Source: an uncultured Gammaproteobacteria bacterium (GTDB lineage: Bacteria > Patescibacteriota > Patescibacteriia > S139-126). Taken from it: DNA of 64,000 nucleotides. Shown here one piece after another: positions 46,237-55,057 of this stretch. A model generated the notes under the pieces. That model worked only from the letters and a program-made list of their open reading frames with translations, had not been told where the DNA came from and did no database searches. The stretch spans positions 17,743-81,742 of the forward strand of contig CAZBLW010000001.1 in NCBI GenBank assembly GCA_964493305.1. Reading direction: 5' to 3'. A program made the translations under genes and the position numbers. Every line of letters starts with the position of its first letter. Positions within the stretch are counted from its first letter, which is position 1.

Positions 46237-48053
46237 GGTAAGTTTACAATTTCACTAACCGGAGTGATTTTAAAATTGGCATCCGTGCCGCGCCAACTGT
46301 CAATTTCAATATAACCATCTAGCTCTACAATTTGCAGAGATATTTTTTGTTCGGGCATGATTGGCAGTAGGGAATTATAAGAGTATTTATTTTCCCAGGT
46401 GCTGGTAGGATAAAAATACAATAACGGCCTTATGTAACTTTGGTCCTGATTGTCAGTTATTTGTAAAAAATAATCTTTGGTGGTTGTAGTTTGCTTTTGC
46501 CAACTAAGTTCTAGTAGATTATTTTTCTTGTTTATATTTAGAGAAAAATCTCCTAGATTATATTTATCTCCAACTTGATCAGTATAGGCATAAACCGATT
46601 CAAAAATAGTTGCTTGGTCATTATTTTGCCAGACCATAATATCTTGGTTAAAATATTTCAATTCATAACCACTAAGTAATTTTCTGATATTTTGAAAACC
46701 AGCCGGGTAATACTGATGATAAGATTTTGAAGACGGAAACTGCAGGGCATAATATAACATGTCATCAGGATCCAGCACTATATAGTCAGGTTTAGTAAAG
46801 TCGTATTTTTTTGTTGAGAATTGTTGGTGATCGGTAAATATATAGTGCAAGGAAAAAATATTTTCTCGACTGGAAAGATTGGGTAAATATTTATAACCAG
46901 CAGCGATACTTGCTTGCGCTGGAATATTTTCTAAAATTTTTAATTGATAGTTTGGTTTGGTTATGTGTTTTATAATTCCCCACCCAGGTCCCAAAAAAAA
47001 CACTAAGTAAACCAAACTCACTGCCACTATCAATTTAGTCAAACCAATATCAAAATATAACCACTTGGCTAGTTTGGTTTTTCTGTTTTGGATATTTTGG
47101 ATTGCCCAAATCGAGCTGATGATCAGACTGGGTATAAATAGTGCTGAGTAATGAGTATCGATTATAATATTGCTCCCGCCGGGTTCACCTAAAATAAACT
47201 GTACTAGTGGCCCTAAAGCCAATACTAAATATCGGCTAGCCAGTAGGGGTAAAAATAAAAAGGCCAAAAGTAAGCCCAGTAACATTTCTACATTGCCCAA
47301 AGAAAAAAAGTGCAAGATAATCTGTCCCAAATTAGTATTGAGGAGCCATTCATAGTAGACGCTAAAGCGAGATCCGCCAGTATTGAAATAGGCGATTATT
47401 GCATTGCTAATTGTAAAATATATTAAACTGCTAAGCAGGGGCGTTAACCACCAGCGCCATGATTTTTTTTCTAGCCAGGCTAGGAGAAAAAATCCTCCCA
47501 CAGCCAAAGCCACATCTTCTCTGACTAGCAGGGCTAGTAATAGAAAAACAAAATAGTATTTAAAATTGTTTTTTAAATAAAAATAATATGCTAGTAGCAA
47601 AAGGGGAATAGCCAGGGGAAGCAGATGCCACTCGTGTAAATTTATGTTCCAAGTTAGGGGATTTATCAGCCAAGCTAAAGCCAAAATAACAGCCAGTTTT
47701 TTATTTAGAGTATTTTTGGCAATGAAATAAATTGGCACGGCGGCGCTGGCTAGAATAATACTCTGCCAAAACAGCAGATTGAGTGGTGATCTAAACAGCC
47801 AATAAAAAGGCAGTAGTAGATAAAGCAGAGGTTCAAAGTGATCAGCAAAGTAGTGATGTCCTTGGATACTGGACCAGAAGCCATTATCATTAACGGCATT
47901 GAAAAAAGCATTGTTATAAATTGCCAAATCCAGAGCATTGTAGCCCAGTTGCCAATATTTATACCAGCAAATGGTCGTCAGGGTTAACACATAAATTATC
48001 ATGCCAACAGGCAGGGTATATTTTTTGTCTAAAATTTGGCTAAGCTTATTCAT
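46233..48053 (-). CDS. polytopic membrane protein, DUF2079-like (putative polyprenol-dependent glycosyltransferase)
   Basis: 606 aa with GYNALDLAIYNNAF...GHHYFADHFEPLLYLLLP in the N-terminal region and about 12 TM helices. Confidence 0.4.
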   Translation of the reverse strand: MNKLSQILDKKYTLPVGMIIYVLTLTTICWYKYWQLGYNALDLAIYNNAFFNAVNDNGFWSSIQGHHYFADHFEPLLYLLLPFYWLFRSPLNLLFWQSIILASAAVPIYFIAKNTLNKKLAVILALAWLINPLTWNINLHEWHLLPLAIPLLLLAYYFYLKNNFKYYFVFLLLALLVREDVALAVGGFFLLAWLEKKSWRWWLTPLLSSLIYFTISNAIIAYFNTGGSRFSVYYEWLLNTNLGQIILHFFSLGNVEMLLGLLLAFLFLPLLASRYLVLALGPLVQFILGEPGGSNIIIDTHYSALFIPSLIISSIWAIQNIQNRKTKLAKWLYFDIGLTKLIVAVSLVYLVFFLGPGWGIIKHITKPNYQLKILENIPAQASIAAGYKYLPNLSSRENIFSLHYIFTDHQQFSTKKYDFTKPDYIVLDPDDMLYYALQFPSSKSYHQYYPAGFQNIRKLLSGYELKYFNQDIMVWQNNDQATIFESVYAYTDQVGDKYNLGDFSLNINKKNNLLELSWQKQTTTTKDYFLQITDNQDQSYIRPLLYFYPTSTWENKYSYNSLLPIMPEQKISLQIVELDGYIEIDSWRGTDANFKITPVSEIVNLP

Positions 48054-48169
48054 AATCTAATCATACTGACAAATCAATTCATTGACAAATACTTAAAAAT
48101 AAGTTATATTGATATGATTTCTTAGTAGATTAATAATTTAATTATCAAAAAAATAATAGGAGATATGTC

Positions 48170-48559
48170 ATGAAAAATTTATTGATTTTGTTGGTTGCTT
48201 TAGTAGCTGTTAGTTTGTTGGTTGGCTGTGCTTCAACTGTTGAATATACAATTAAGACTTCAAATTCTGAAGTCAAAGGAAATCTCAAAGCTTTCAACAG
48301 CGAAGAAATTAATGCTACTACTAAACAGGTAGCTACTTTGATTACTATTAATGATTCTTCATTAACTGCCTCTGACCGGGCATTGCAACTTATGTATATT
48401 ACGACGATGAAGGACAGAGATGTCCAAATTATAGTTCCTTACGGAAATTATGGTGGTGGCTACTACGGTTACCAAGGCTCGCGGCAACAGACGAGAGATA
48501 TGGAAATCGATGCTATCAATCGGTATCAACAATACAAACAAAAGCAACTAAATAAATAA
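48170..48559 (+). CDS. lipoprotein, function unknown
   Basis: Signal peptide with lipobox LLVGC. 129 aa. Followed by the terminator 48575-48601 (AAAGCGGAAA/TTTCCGCTTT). Confidence 0.55.
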   Translation: MKNLLILLVALVAVSLLVGCASTVEYTIKTSNSEVKGNLKAFNSEEINATTKQVATLITINDSSLTASDRALQLMYITTMKDRDVQIIVPYGNYGGGYYGYQGSRQQTRDMEIDAINRYQQYKQKQLNK

Positions 48560-48617
48560 TTTTTCAAAATAAAAAAAGCGGAAAAAAATTTCCGCTTTTT
48601 AGTTTGTTTGAAAAAAA

Positions 48618-49037
48618 TTAGTAATACGGTTGATAAGTGGCCCACAGAATTGATCTAAAAATCCAAGTTGATAGCGCGTAAGCCAGTACCACAATCAATA
48701 GCCCAATAGTGGCTTGGGTCAAAATTTTTCTAGCTTTTTCTACTTGTTGATCATTACCGGCTGCAGTCATCCACAAAAAACCACCGTAGATAATAAGTAC
48801 CGTAAATAAAACTCCCAAAAATCCAAGCAGGGCATTGATAATCAATGCCACAACTTCGCGTACGTCAGTATCAGCATTGCCTAGTTCAGCTGCTACACCA
48901 GTATCAATAATACCTTGTTTGATTTTAGTACCAGCATTTTGTCCAGTGGTCGTGGCTAGCGCTGGTAAAGCAGCCGGGAATATCAACAATCCGAGAATAA
49001 AAGTAGTGATAATTATGGAAAAGATATTTTTTTTCAT
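48618..49037 (-). CDS. two-helix pilin-like membrane protein, paralog 1 (T4SS-pilin/VirB2-like topology)
   Basis: ORF trimmed to MKKNIFSIIITTFILG (signal-like). Conserved core LGFLGVLFTVLIIYGGFLWMTAAGNDQQVEKARKILTQATIGLLIVVLAYALSTWIF. Confidence 0.55.
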   Translation of the reverse strand: MKKNIFSIIITTFILGLLIFPAALPALATTTGQNAGTKIKQGIIDTGVAAELGNADTDVREVVALIINALLGFLGVLFTVLIIYGGFLWMTAAGNDQQVEKARKILTQATIGLLIVVLAYALSTWIFRSILWATYQPYY

Positions 49038-49041
49038 ATTT

Positions 49042-49425
49042 TTAAACTGAGCCGGTAGCTGAGAGTATAACATTGATAATAAATAATGATAAACCATAAG
49101 CCAAAATCACTATCAACAGTCCTACTGTGGAACTGGTTAAAATCTTCCTCGCCTTATCAATTTGTTGATCATTGCCAGCTGCGGTCATCCACAAAAAACC
49201 ACCGTAGATAATAAGGACCAAAAAAATCGTACCCACAAAACCCAGGGCATATTTGATAATATTACCGACTAAAAATGCCGGATCTTCAGCTTCAGCAAGT
49301 CTGGCTTTATCGTTGGTCGCTTGGGCAGTAGTTAAGGCATCTTGCAGTACGGAAGCTTTTACTAAGCTAGGCCAGGTAAATAGGAGGCCAACAAGTAAAT
49401 AAAATTTAATTTTTAGTTGATTCAT
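49042..49425 (-). CDS. two-helix pilin-like membrane protein, paralog 2
   Basis: ORF trimmed to MNQLKIKFYLLVGLLFTWPSLVKA, with GGGGGT upstream. Core FLVLIIYGGFLWMTAAGNDQQIDKARKILTSSTVGLLIVILAYGLS. A 40-nt stretch is nearly identical to paralog 1. Confidence 0.55.
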   Translation of the reverse strand: MNQLKIKFYLLVGLLFTWPSLVKASVLQDALTTAQATNDKARLAEAEDPAFLVGNIIKYALGFVGTIFLVLIIYGGFLWMTAAGNDQQIDKARKILTSSTVGLLIVILAYGLSLFIINVILSATGSV

Positions 49426-49427
49426 AA

Positions 49428-49757
49428 TTATACCCCCGAAGCAATTAAGGTTTTTAAAACAAATTGAGTGATAGCAAAAGCCAGGGCCACAATCAGTAAA
49501 CCAATAGTAGAAGAGCGGATAGTTTTTTGGGCTTTTTGAATTTTCTCCTCGTTGCCCGCTGCAGTCATCCAATTAAAACCAGCATAAATAATCAAAACCA
49601 AAAAAACTGTACCCAAAATTCCTAAAATAGAGTTAATAATTCCTCCCACTACATCTGGAAGTGATGGATTGGTAAGACCAGTAGCACGTTGAGCATCAGA
49701 TAGCTGTTGGTCCATCGAAGGGATTTGAGCGTAAGCTTGCTTAATAAATTTAAACAT
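49428..49757 (-). CDS. two-helix pilin-like membrane protein, paralog 3 (no N-terminal signal segment)
   Basis: Core GTVFLVLIIYAGFNWMTAAGNEEKIQKAQKTIRSSTIGLLIVALAFAITQF. Confidence 0.5.
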   Translation of the reverse strand: MFKFIKQAYAQIPSMDQQLSDAQRATGLTNPSLPDVVGGIINSILGILGTVFLVLIIYAGFNWMTAAGNEEKIQKAQKTIRSSTIGLLIVALAFAITQFVLKTLIASGV

Positions 49758-49760
49758 AAA

Positions 49761-50369
49761 TTAAATACAGATATAAAGACTACTACACAGTTCAGCACAA
49801 GTAGCGTTTGGTCGAAAAAGATCGCCATTGGTGCAGCTAGCACTAGTTTGTCCATTTAGACAAGTATATTCAGTAGTATTAACCGGATGTAGACAAGCGC
49901 CAGTGGTAGTTGTACCCCCACTGCCAGAAGAAGCCTTATTGTAAGATTGGATAAAAAAGTTTGTCAAAGCAAAAGATAAAAATACCAATATAAAACCAAC
50001 TACCGCACTAGCTAAAATTTTGGTAGCTTGTCTAACTTTTTCTTCATTGCCACCAGCAGTCATCCAAGTAAAACCGCCATAGATAAATAGTACCAGCATC
50101 ACCACCCCGATAATACTTAAAATCCCGTTGATAATCGTGCCAATTCTAGTACCCAAAGAAACGTCAGATTTTAAACTACCAGCCGCTTTATCAAGATTTG
50201 ATAGGGCATCAGCGCGGGCTAGTAAAGTATAATTTGTGTTTGTTTCAGCGGCCGATACCTCAGTCGCTAAGACAAACAATCCACCAATAAACACGGTGGC
50301 TATCAAAATGACAGCCACCGTGTTGTGGAATATAAGTTCTTTTATTTTATTTGAAAAATAAAAATTCAT
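49761..50369 (-). CDS. two-helix pilin-like membrane protein, paralog 4, with a Cys-rich C-terminal extension
   Basis: ORF trimmed to MNFYFSNKIKELIF... (TM/signal). Core VVMLVLFIYGGFTWMTAGGNEEKVRQATKILASAVVGFILVFLSFALT. Tail ...TGACLHPVNTTEYTCLNGQTSASCTNGDLFRPNATCAELCSSLYICI. Confidence 0.5.
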   Translation of the reverse strand: MNFYFSNKIKELIFHNTVAVILIATVFIGGLFVLATEVSAAETNTNYTLLARADALSNLDKAAGSLKSDVSLGTRIGTIINGILSIIGVVMLVLFIYGGFTWMTAGGNEEKVRQATKILASAVVGFILVFLSFALTNFFIQSYNKASSGSGGTTTTGACLHPVNTTEYTCLNGQTSASCTNGDLFRPNATCAELCSSLYICI

Positions 50370-50377
50370 TACAGTAA

Positions 50378-50731
50378 TTATGTAGTAGCACCAATGATTA
50401 CGCTGAAGATCCAAGTAGAAAGTGCGTAAGCGATGATAATAATTAATAAACCAATTACGCCAGCGCTGATAATTTTCTTAGCCTGTGCAACAGCTTCTTC
50501 GTTACCACCTGCGGTCATCCAACGGAAACCACCAGCAATGATAATCAAAGTCACTACGATACCCAAAATGCCTAAAACTACATTGATAATACGAGCGATG
50601 GTTTCTCGGACGTCTTGAGTGCCAAGACCGATTAAGCTACCATAGCCAGTACCAAATGGGTCACCAGCCATAGCGGCGACTGGAGCTAATAAAAGTGACA
50701 AAAGACCAAAAGCTAAAAGTTGTTTTTTCAT
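50378..50731 (-). CDS. two-helix pilin-like membrane protein, paralog 5
   Basis: Strong AAGGAGG RBS and signal peptide MKKQLLAFGLLSLLLAPVAAMA. Core GIVVTLIIIAGGFRWMTAGGNEEAVAQAKKIISAGVIGLLIIIIAYALSTWIF. Confidence 0.6.
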   Translation of the reverse strand: MKKQLLAFGLLSLLLAPVAAMAGDPFGTGYGSLIGLGTQDVRETIARIINVVLGILGIVVTLIIIAGGFRWMTAGGNEEAVAQAKKIISAGVIGLLIIIIAYALSTWIFSVIIGATT

Positions 50732-50829
50732 AATGTCACCTCCTTTCTAAAGTATAATTTTTAATTTTAATACCTCAATACCTTGAGGTATATATTTATT
50801 ATAATATATTTTTATGATTTTGTAAATAG

Positions 50830-51396
50830 CTAATTGGTTTTGGGCATACAACAACTTCTATCTAGCCCGCCCGTACACAAATTGGGAACAAAATCACAAT
50901 TGTTTGTATATTGATTTGGTTGAGTACAAGGAATAGGTTGACCTTGAGTATCAATACAGTTGACGCACTGGCCGCCGTTTTCAATACAACCTATTTCCGG
51001 ATTATTACTGGGTTCCAGTTGATAAACATTTTTTACGCCAATAAATTTTTGTAAGTTGACCACAACCACGTAGCTACCTAGTACAATTGCTAGTCCCACC
51101 ACAGTACCTACCATAATTTGTTTTCCTCTAGTAATTCTTTCTTGATTGCCACCGGAAGTAATAAACATCACCCCACCAATTACCAGTAATAGTAGCCCTA
51201 GTGCTCCCAGGTATTTAACTAAAAAAGTATAAAAGTTGGCAAACATTTGTACCAAATCCACCAGATCACATTTTTCTGCATTGCCTACTAAGCAATCAGA
51301 GGGAATAATAGCCGAAGTTTGAGCAAAAGCAACCAGTGGCAAAATGCCCAGTAATATTAGCACTAAAATCACAATTGACTTGGTTTTAATTGGCAT
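50830..51396 (-). CDS. two-helix pilin-like membrane protein, paralog 6, with a Cys-rich C-terminal extension
   Basis: Signal peptide MPIKTKSIVILVLILLGILPLVAFA. Core LGLLLLVIGGVMFITSGGNQERITRGKQIMVGTVVGLAIVLGSYVV. Tail with 10 Cys (…CIENGGQCVNCIDTQGQPIPCTQ…CDFVPNLCTGGLDRSCCMP). Confidence 0.55.
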   Translation of the reverse strand: MPIKTKSIVILVLILLGILPLVAFAQTSAIIPSDCLVGNAEKCDLVDLVQMFANFYTFLVKYLGALGLLLLVIGGVMFITSGGNQERITRGKQIMVGTVVGLAIVLGSYVVVVNLQKFIGVKNVYQLEPSNNPEIGCIENGGQCVNCIDTQGQPIPCTQPNQYTNNCDFVPNLCTGGLDRSCCMPKTN

Positions 51397-52792
51397 AAGT
51401 TGGTTTTATATAAGTTTGTTTAAGTTGTTCTACACTGTTGCGCAATAGTAAGTTTAGATTGGAGAAATTGCCTTGGTTGATAGCGGCAATTAGTTGTTTC
51501 AAGATTTCTTCAGCGGCGACTGAGTTGTAACCTCGATACCAACTATCAGCAGTTAAGGCTTGTTGAGTAAAGACTGAAGCGTTGGGTTCGGTTTGTTGTT
51601 TGGCAATCAATTCTTTCAAAGCCGGTGCTTTACCTGCTTTGGTTAAATAAGTTTCGTTTTGTTCTGGTTTGGTAGTAGCAAACAAAATAAAATCCCAAGC
51701 CGTGTCTTTAACTTGTTGTTCACCTCGAGGCGAAACTCCTAACATCCAGTAGTTAGCGAAGTTGAATTTTTTTGCCAAGGGATCAATTTGTGGTAGCGGA
51801 GCAATACCAAAATCTATTTTTGGACCCCGGGCTCTAATCAGCGGGGCGTGATAGGAGTAGCCAAACATCATAGCTGTGCGACCTTGGGCAAAAGCTTCCA
51901 AGGAGTTCGGGAAAGTTTGATTCCAAGTATAAACTTCTTTGATGGGGTTGGCAAAATCAGTATAAAAAATCAAAGCTTGTTGACCAGGGTTATAGTCTTG
52001 ACCGCCACCGGGGGGGATTTTGTCAAAAGCTGGTAAATTGTCAGAGCCAATCATTTGGGCGCCATTTTGCATCATCAAAACTGACAATAAATCAGTCCCG
52101 CGTTCTACATTGTCACCTCTGCCCATAGCTACTGCACTTCTGACGATATTGTTATTTTCATCCAATCTGGTTAGAGACAGAACTGCTTGTTTGAACTCAG
52201 CCCAAGTAGAAGGAGGAGTAGGGATATTAGCATCACTAAATAAGGTTTTATTGTAAAAAAGTGCCAAAGTATCAAGTCCCAAGGGTAGTCCGTAAATTTT
52301 ATTGTCCCTGATCGCATCATCTTTGACCACTTTGACAAATTTTTCATCCACTTGCGCTGGAGTCAAAGTAGGGAAATTTTTTAGTTCCCAAATCACTTCT
52401 TTTTTAAAACTGCCTTTCACAGTTTGCACTGGCAAAGCAATAGTAGCAGGTAGTGGTTCTAATTTTGTTTGGTAGGCAGTTATCCAGGTATTGTGGACCA
52501 TAAAAATATCAGGGCCGCGGTTTTCTGCCCAAGCTTCTAGCAGGGCTCGTTCGTATTCTTCAATCCTTAGTTTACGGTATTCAAAACTGACATTGGGTCG
52601 GGTTTTTTTGTATTCAGTAAAAATATCTTGCAATAAATCTTGTTCGTCCCAGACGCCCCAGATTTTTAAGGTAATAGGTACCGCTGCTTTTTGTGCTTCG
52701 GGATCACCACCTTTGCAGCCCACGCCCAGCAAGGGCAATGGCAACATGATAATCACTAGACCAATTAATTTTATTTTAGTCAGCTGTTTCAT
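51386..52792 (-). CDS. extracellular solute-binding lipoprotein (ABC-transporter SBP family 1-like), orphan
   Basis: 468 aa. Lipobox LLGVGCKG and an SBP_bac_1-like fold pattern. No adjacent permease or ATPase genes. It overlaps the first pilin-like gene by 11 nt. Confidence 0.55.
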   Translation of the reverse strand: MKQLTKIKLIGLVIIMLPLPLLGVGCKGGDPEAQKAAVPITLKIWGVWDEQDLLQDIFTEYKKTRPNVSFEYRKLRIEEYERALLEAWAENRGPDIFMVHNTWITAYQTKLEPLPATIALPVQTVKGSFKKEVIWELKNFPTLTPAQVDEKFVKVVKDDAIRDNKIYGLPLGLDTLALFYNKTLFSDANIPTPPSTWAEFKQAVLSLTRLDENNNIVRSAVAMGRGDNVERGTDLLSVLMMQNGAQMIGSDNLPAFDKIPPGGGQDYNPGQQALIFYTDFANPIKEVYTWNQTFPNSLEAFAQGRTAMMFGYSYHAPLIRARGPKIDFGIAPLPQIDPLAKKFNFANYWMLGVSPRGEQQVKDTAWDFILFATTKPEQNETYLTKAGKAPALKELIAKQQTEPNASVFTQQALTADSWYRGYNSVAAEEILKQLIAAINQGNFSNLNLLLRNSVEQLKQTYIKPTYAN

Positions 52793-52802
52793 AAAAATAA
52801 AT

Positions 52803-53687
52803 TTAAATTAATTTTTGCAAATATTTTTTTAACTCAGTTTTGGTTTCTTTGTCTTTAAGACCAAAAGCGATATTGGCTTTCAACCAAGTCAACTTGTTGC
52901 CGGTATCATAGTAGACCCCATCTACAATTTTGGAATAAATTGGGCGTTTTTTACCCAAAGCATCCACGGCATCAACCAACCAGAGTTCATTGCCTTTGCC
53001 CAGTTTAGTTTTTTCCAATATCGGGAAAATATCAGGCGTTAGTACATAGCCACCCAGATTGGCAATCAGCGAGGGGGTATTTTGGGGCCCTGGTTTTTCT
53101 ACTATTTTTTCTACTTGGTAAACAGTTGGTTCTACTTTTATGCCTTTGAGCATGCCGTATTTAGCCGCATCATTACGGGGGACTTGATAGCCAGTAGTTA
53201 CGGGGTCACCGTATTTTTGAAATACCTCAATCAGTTGTAACAGTCTGGGTTTTTTGGGGCAGTCAAATACTTCATCGCCCCAGAGCATGGCAAAAGGTTC
53301 GTTACCAACAATAGGTTTGGCATTTAAAATCGGGGTGCCGTTGCCATAGGGGCCTTTTTGTCGGATATAAATAAAATTGGCTTGGCGGGAAATATTTCTG
53401 ATTTTTTCGTATAAATCTTTTTTAGCAGGATTGTTTTTCAAGGTTTCTTCCAGTTCGGGGGAGCGATCAAAGTGATCTTCACAAGCCCGCTTGGTATAAG
53501 AGGTAACAAAGATAATATCAGTAATTCCCGAGGCGACTGCTTCTTCCACGACGTATTGCAAAATCGGTTTATCCAAAATTGGCAACATCTCTTTGGGGAT
53601 GGCTTTGGTGGCTGGTAAAAATCTAGTACCCAAGCCGGCTACTGGGATCACTACTTTTCTGATCGGATGAGTAAATTTTTTGGTCAT
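52803..53687 (-). CDS. galU: UTP--glucose-1-phosphate uridylyltransferase
   Basis: VIPVAGLGTRFLPATKAIPKEMLPILDKP N-terminal signature. Confidence 0.9.
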   Translation of the reverse strand: MTKKFTHPIRKVVIPVAGLGTRFLPATKAIPKEMLPILDKPILQYVVEEAVASGITDIIFVTSYTKRACEDHFDRSPELEETLKNNPAKKDLYEKIRNISRQANFIYIRQKGPYGNGTPILNAKPIVGNEPFAMLWGDEVFDCPKKPRLLQLIEVFQKYGDPVTTGYQVPRNDAAKYGMLKGIKVEPTVYQVEKIVEKPGPQNTPSLIANLGGYVLTPDIFPILEKTKLGKGNELWLVDAVDALGKKRPIYSKIVDGVYYDTGNKLTWLKANIAFGLKDKETKTELKKYLQKLI

Positions 53688-53742
53688 GAATAAACAATTA
53701 GTTTAATTTATTATAACAAAAAACAACACTTTTATCCAAATT

Positions 53743-53764
53743 AACCCCGCCAGCTGGCGGGGTT
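53743..53764. terminator. palindromic GC hairpin AACCCCGCCAG/CTGGCGGGGTT, bidirectional terminator
   Basis: 11-bp perfect palindrome between galU (minus) and the SDR gene (minus). Confidence 0.5.
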
Positions 53765-53829
53765 AATTAATTTACTCTGTTTTAATTTTTACTTATGCAG
53801 AAAATTCGCGGAAATTTAAGAAAAATATT

Positions 53830-54570
53830 TTAACGCAAAGTCCAACCACCATCCACCACAATAGTTTGGCCAGTGATATAGCTAGCTTGGGGGGAAGCTA
53901 AAAATATAACCGCTCCAGCAATATCTTCTGGTTGACCCATGCGTGCCAGAGGAATCATCGCCACGGTTTGTTTGATAGTTTCTTCTGAAGAGGAGCTACT
54001 AGCACCCGGAGTTGAGATAGCACCTGGAGCTACGTTGTTTACAGTAATATTTTTATCAGCCACTTCCAAGGCCAAGGCTCGGATCATAGCATTGAGTGCT
54101 CCTTTGGTAGCACAGTAATGGGTAAGCCCTGCAAAACCTACCACACTGGCAATCGATGAGATGTTGATAATCCGACCACCTTTGGGCATAACTGGTAAAA
54201 CCATTTGGCTGGTAAAATAAACACTTTTGAGATTGACATTCATCACTTTGTCCCAATCACTCTCGGTCATATTGGCAAAAGGGACAAACGGGAAAATGCC
54301 AGCGTTGTTTACCAAGACGTCAACTTGTTTAAATTTTTTTACGGTTAAATTAATCATAGCTTTGACCTCAGTTTTTTTGGAGACATCACATTTAACTGCC
54401 AATGCATCTCCTCCTATTTTTTTGATTTCTTTGACTACTTGTTGGCAGGCTACTAAATCTAGGTCAGCCACTACCACGTTGTATTTATTTTTAGCCAGCA
54501 TTAGAGCAATGCCTTTGCCAATGCCTTGTTTGGCACCGGTGACAATTGCATTTTTTTTATTGGTGGGCAT
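53830..54570 (-). CDS. short-chain dehydrogenase/reductase (FabG-like 3-oxoacyl-ACP reductase family)
   Basis: [12 protein letters not shown] Rossmann motif, NNAG, catalytic S...YxxxK. Confidence 0.85.
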   Translation of the reverse strand: MPTNKKNAIVTGAKQGIGKGIALMLAKNKYNVVVADLDLVACQQVVKEIKKIGGDALAVKCDVSKKTEVKAMINLTVKKFKQVDVLVNNAGIFPFVPFANMTESDWDKVMNVNLKSVYFTSQMVLPVMPKGGRIINISSIASVVGFAGLTHYCATKGALNAMIRALALEVADKNITVNNVAPGAISTPGASSSSSEETIKQTVAMIPLARMGQPEDIAGAVIFLASPQASYITGQTIVVDGGWTLR

Positions 54571-54610
54571 AAATTTTTTGGTTAATAATTAATATTTTGA
54601 ATAAATTTAT

Positions 54611-54700
54611 TGGCGGAGGCGGAAGGATTCGAACCTTCGATACCCGTTAAGGTATACCGCATTTCGAGTGCGGCCCATTCAACCACTCTGGCACGCCTCC
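54611..54700 (-). tRNA. tRNA-Ser (anticodon CGA), class II, CCA encoded
   Basis: GGAGGCG-UG-CCAG-AGUGGUUGAAUGG-...-CCGCA-CUCGAAA-UGCGG-UAUACCUUAACGGGUAUC-GAAGG-UUCGAAU-CCUUC-CGCCUCC-G-CCA. Confidence 0.9.
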
Positions 54701-54706
54701 TTAGTA

Positions 54707-54979
54707 CTAACTTTTTTTAATGATATCTTTATATTGTAATCGTAACAACCGGTTACCTTCTGTGGTTTTTAAATATTTTTCTCTTCTTAAAGCATCACTT
54801 TTTAATAAATAAGCTTCATAACCAATTATTTTAAATGGTCGATAGTTTTTAGTAGATTTTACCTGACCAGATTGGTGTTGCTTTAATCTAATTTTTAAGT
54901 CAGTACATGAACCTTTATAAATATCTTTGTTTGATAATAATAAAAAATAGACGTAGTGCATAGATATTATTAAAATCAT
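54707..54979 (-). CDS. small GIY-YIG nuclease-superfamily protein (YhbQ/UPF0213-like), paralog of 29610-29855
   Basis: 90 aa with YVYFLLLSNKDIYKGSCTDLKIRLKQHQ (GIY-YIG..R..H) and REKYLKTTEGNRLLRLQ. Lies 6 nt upstream of tRNA-Ser on the same strand. Confidence 0.75.
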   Translation of the reverse strand: MILIISMHYVYFLLLSNKDIYKGSCTDLKIRLKQHQSGQVKSTKNYRPFKIIGYEAYLLKSDALRREKYLKTTEGNRLLRLQYKDIIKKS

Positions 54980-54981
54980 TT

Positions 54982-55057
54982 CGTCACGTCATGCGACGTG
55001 ACGCCCCGTCGAATGATGGGGCGAGTGCGGCGCCTTCAACCACTCAGCCACCTCTCC
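54982..55057 (-). repeat. GC-rich hairpin module plus degenerate 36-nt copy of the tRNA-Ser 5' half
   Basis: 9-bp perfect hairpin CGTCACGTC-atgc-GACGTGACG (54982-55003) and CGCCCC/GGGGCG (55002-55023). 55022-55057 matches tRNA-Ser positions 1-36 (acceptor, D-arm, anticodon 5' side) at 30/36 identities. Confidence 0.7.

Noticed and set aside
54056-54592. ORFs 54056..54256(-) and 54227..54592(+)
   Set aside because: They overlap the SDR gene in other frames and are spurious.
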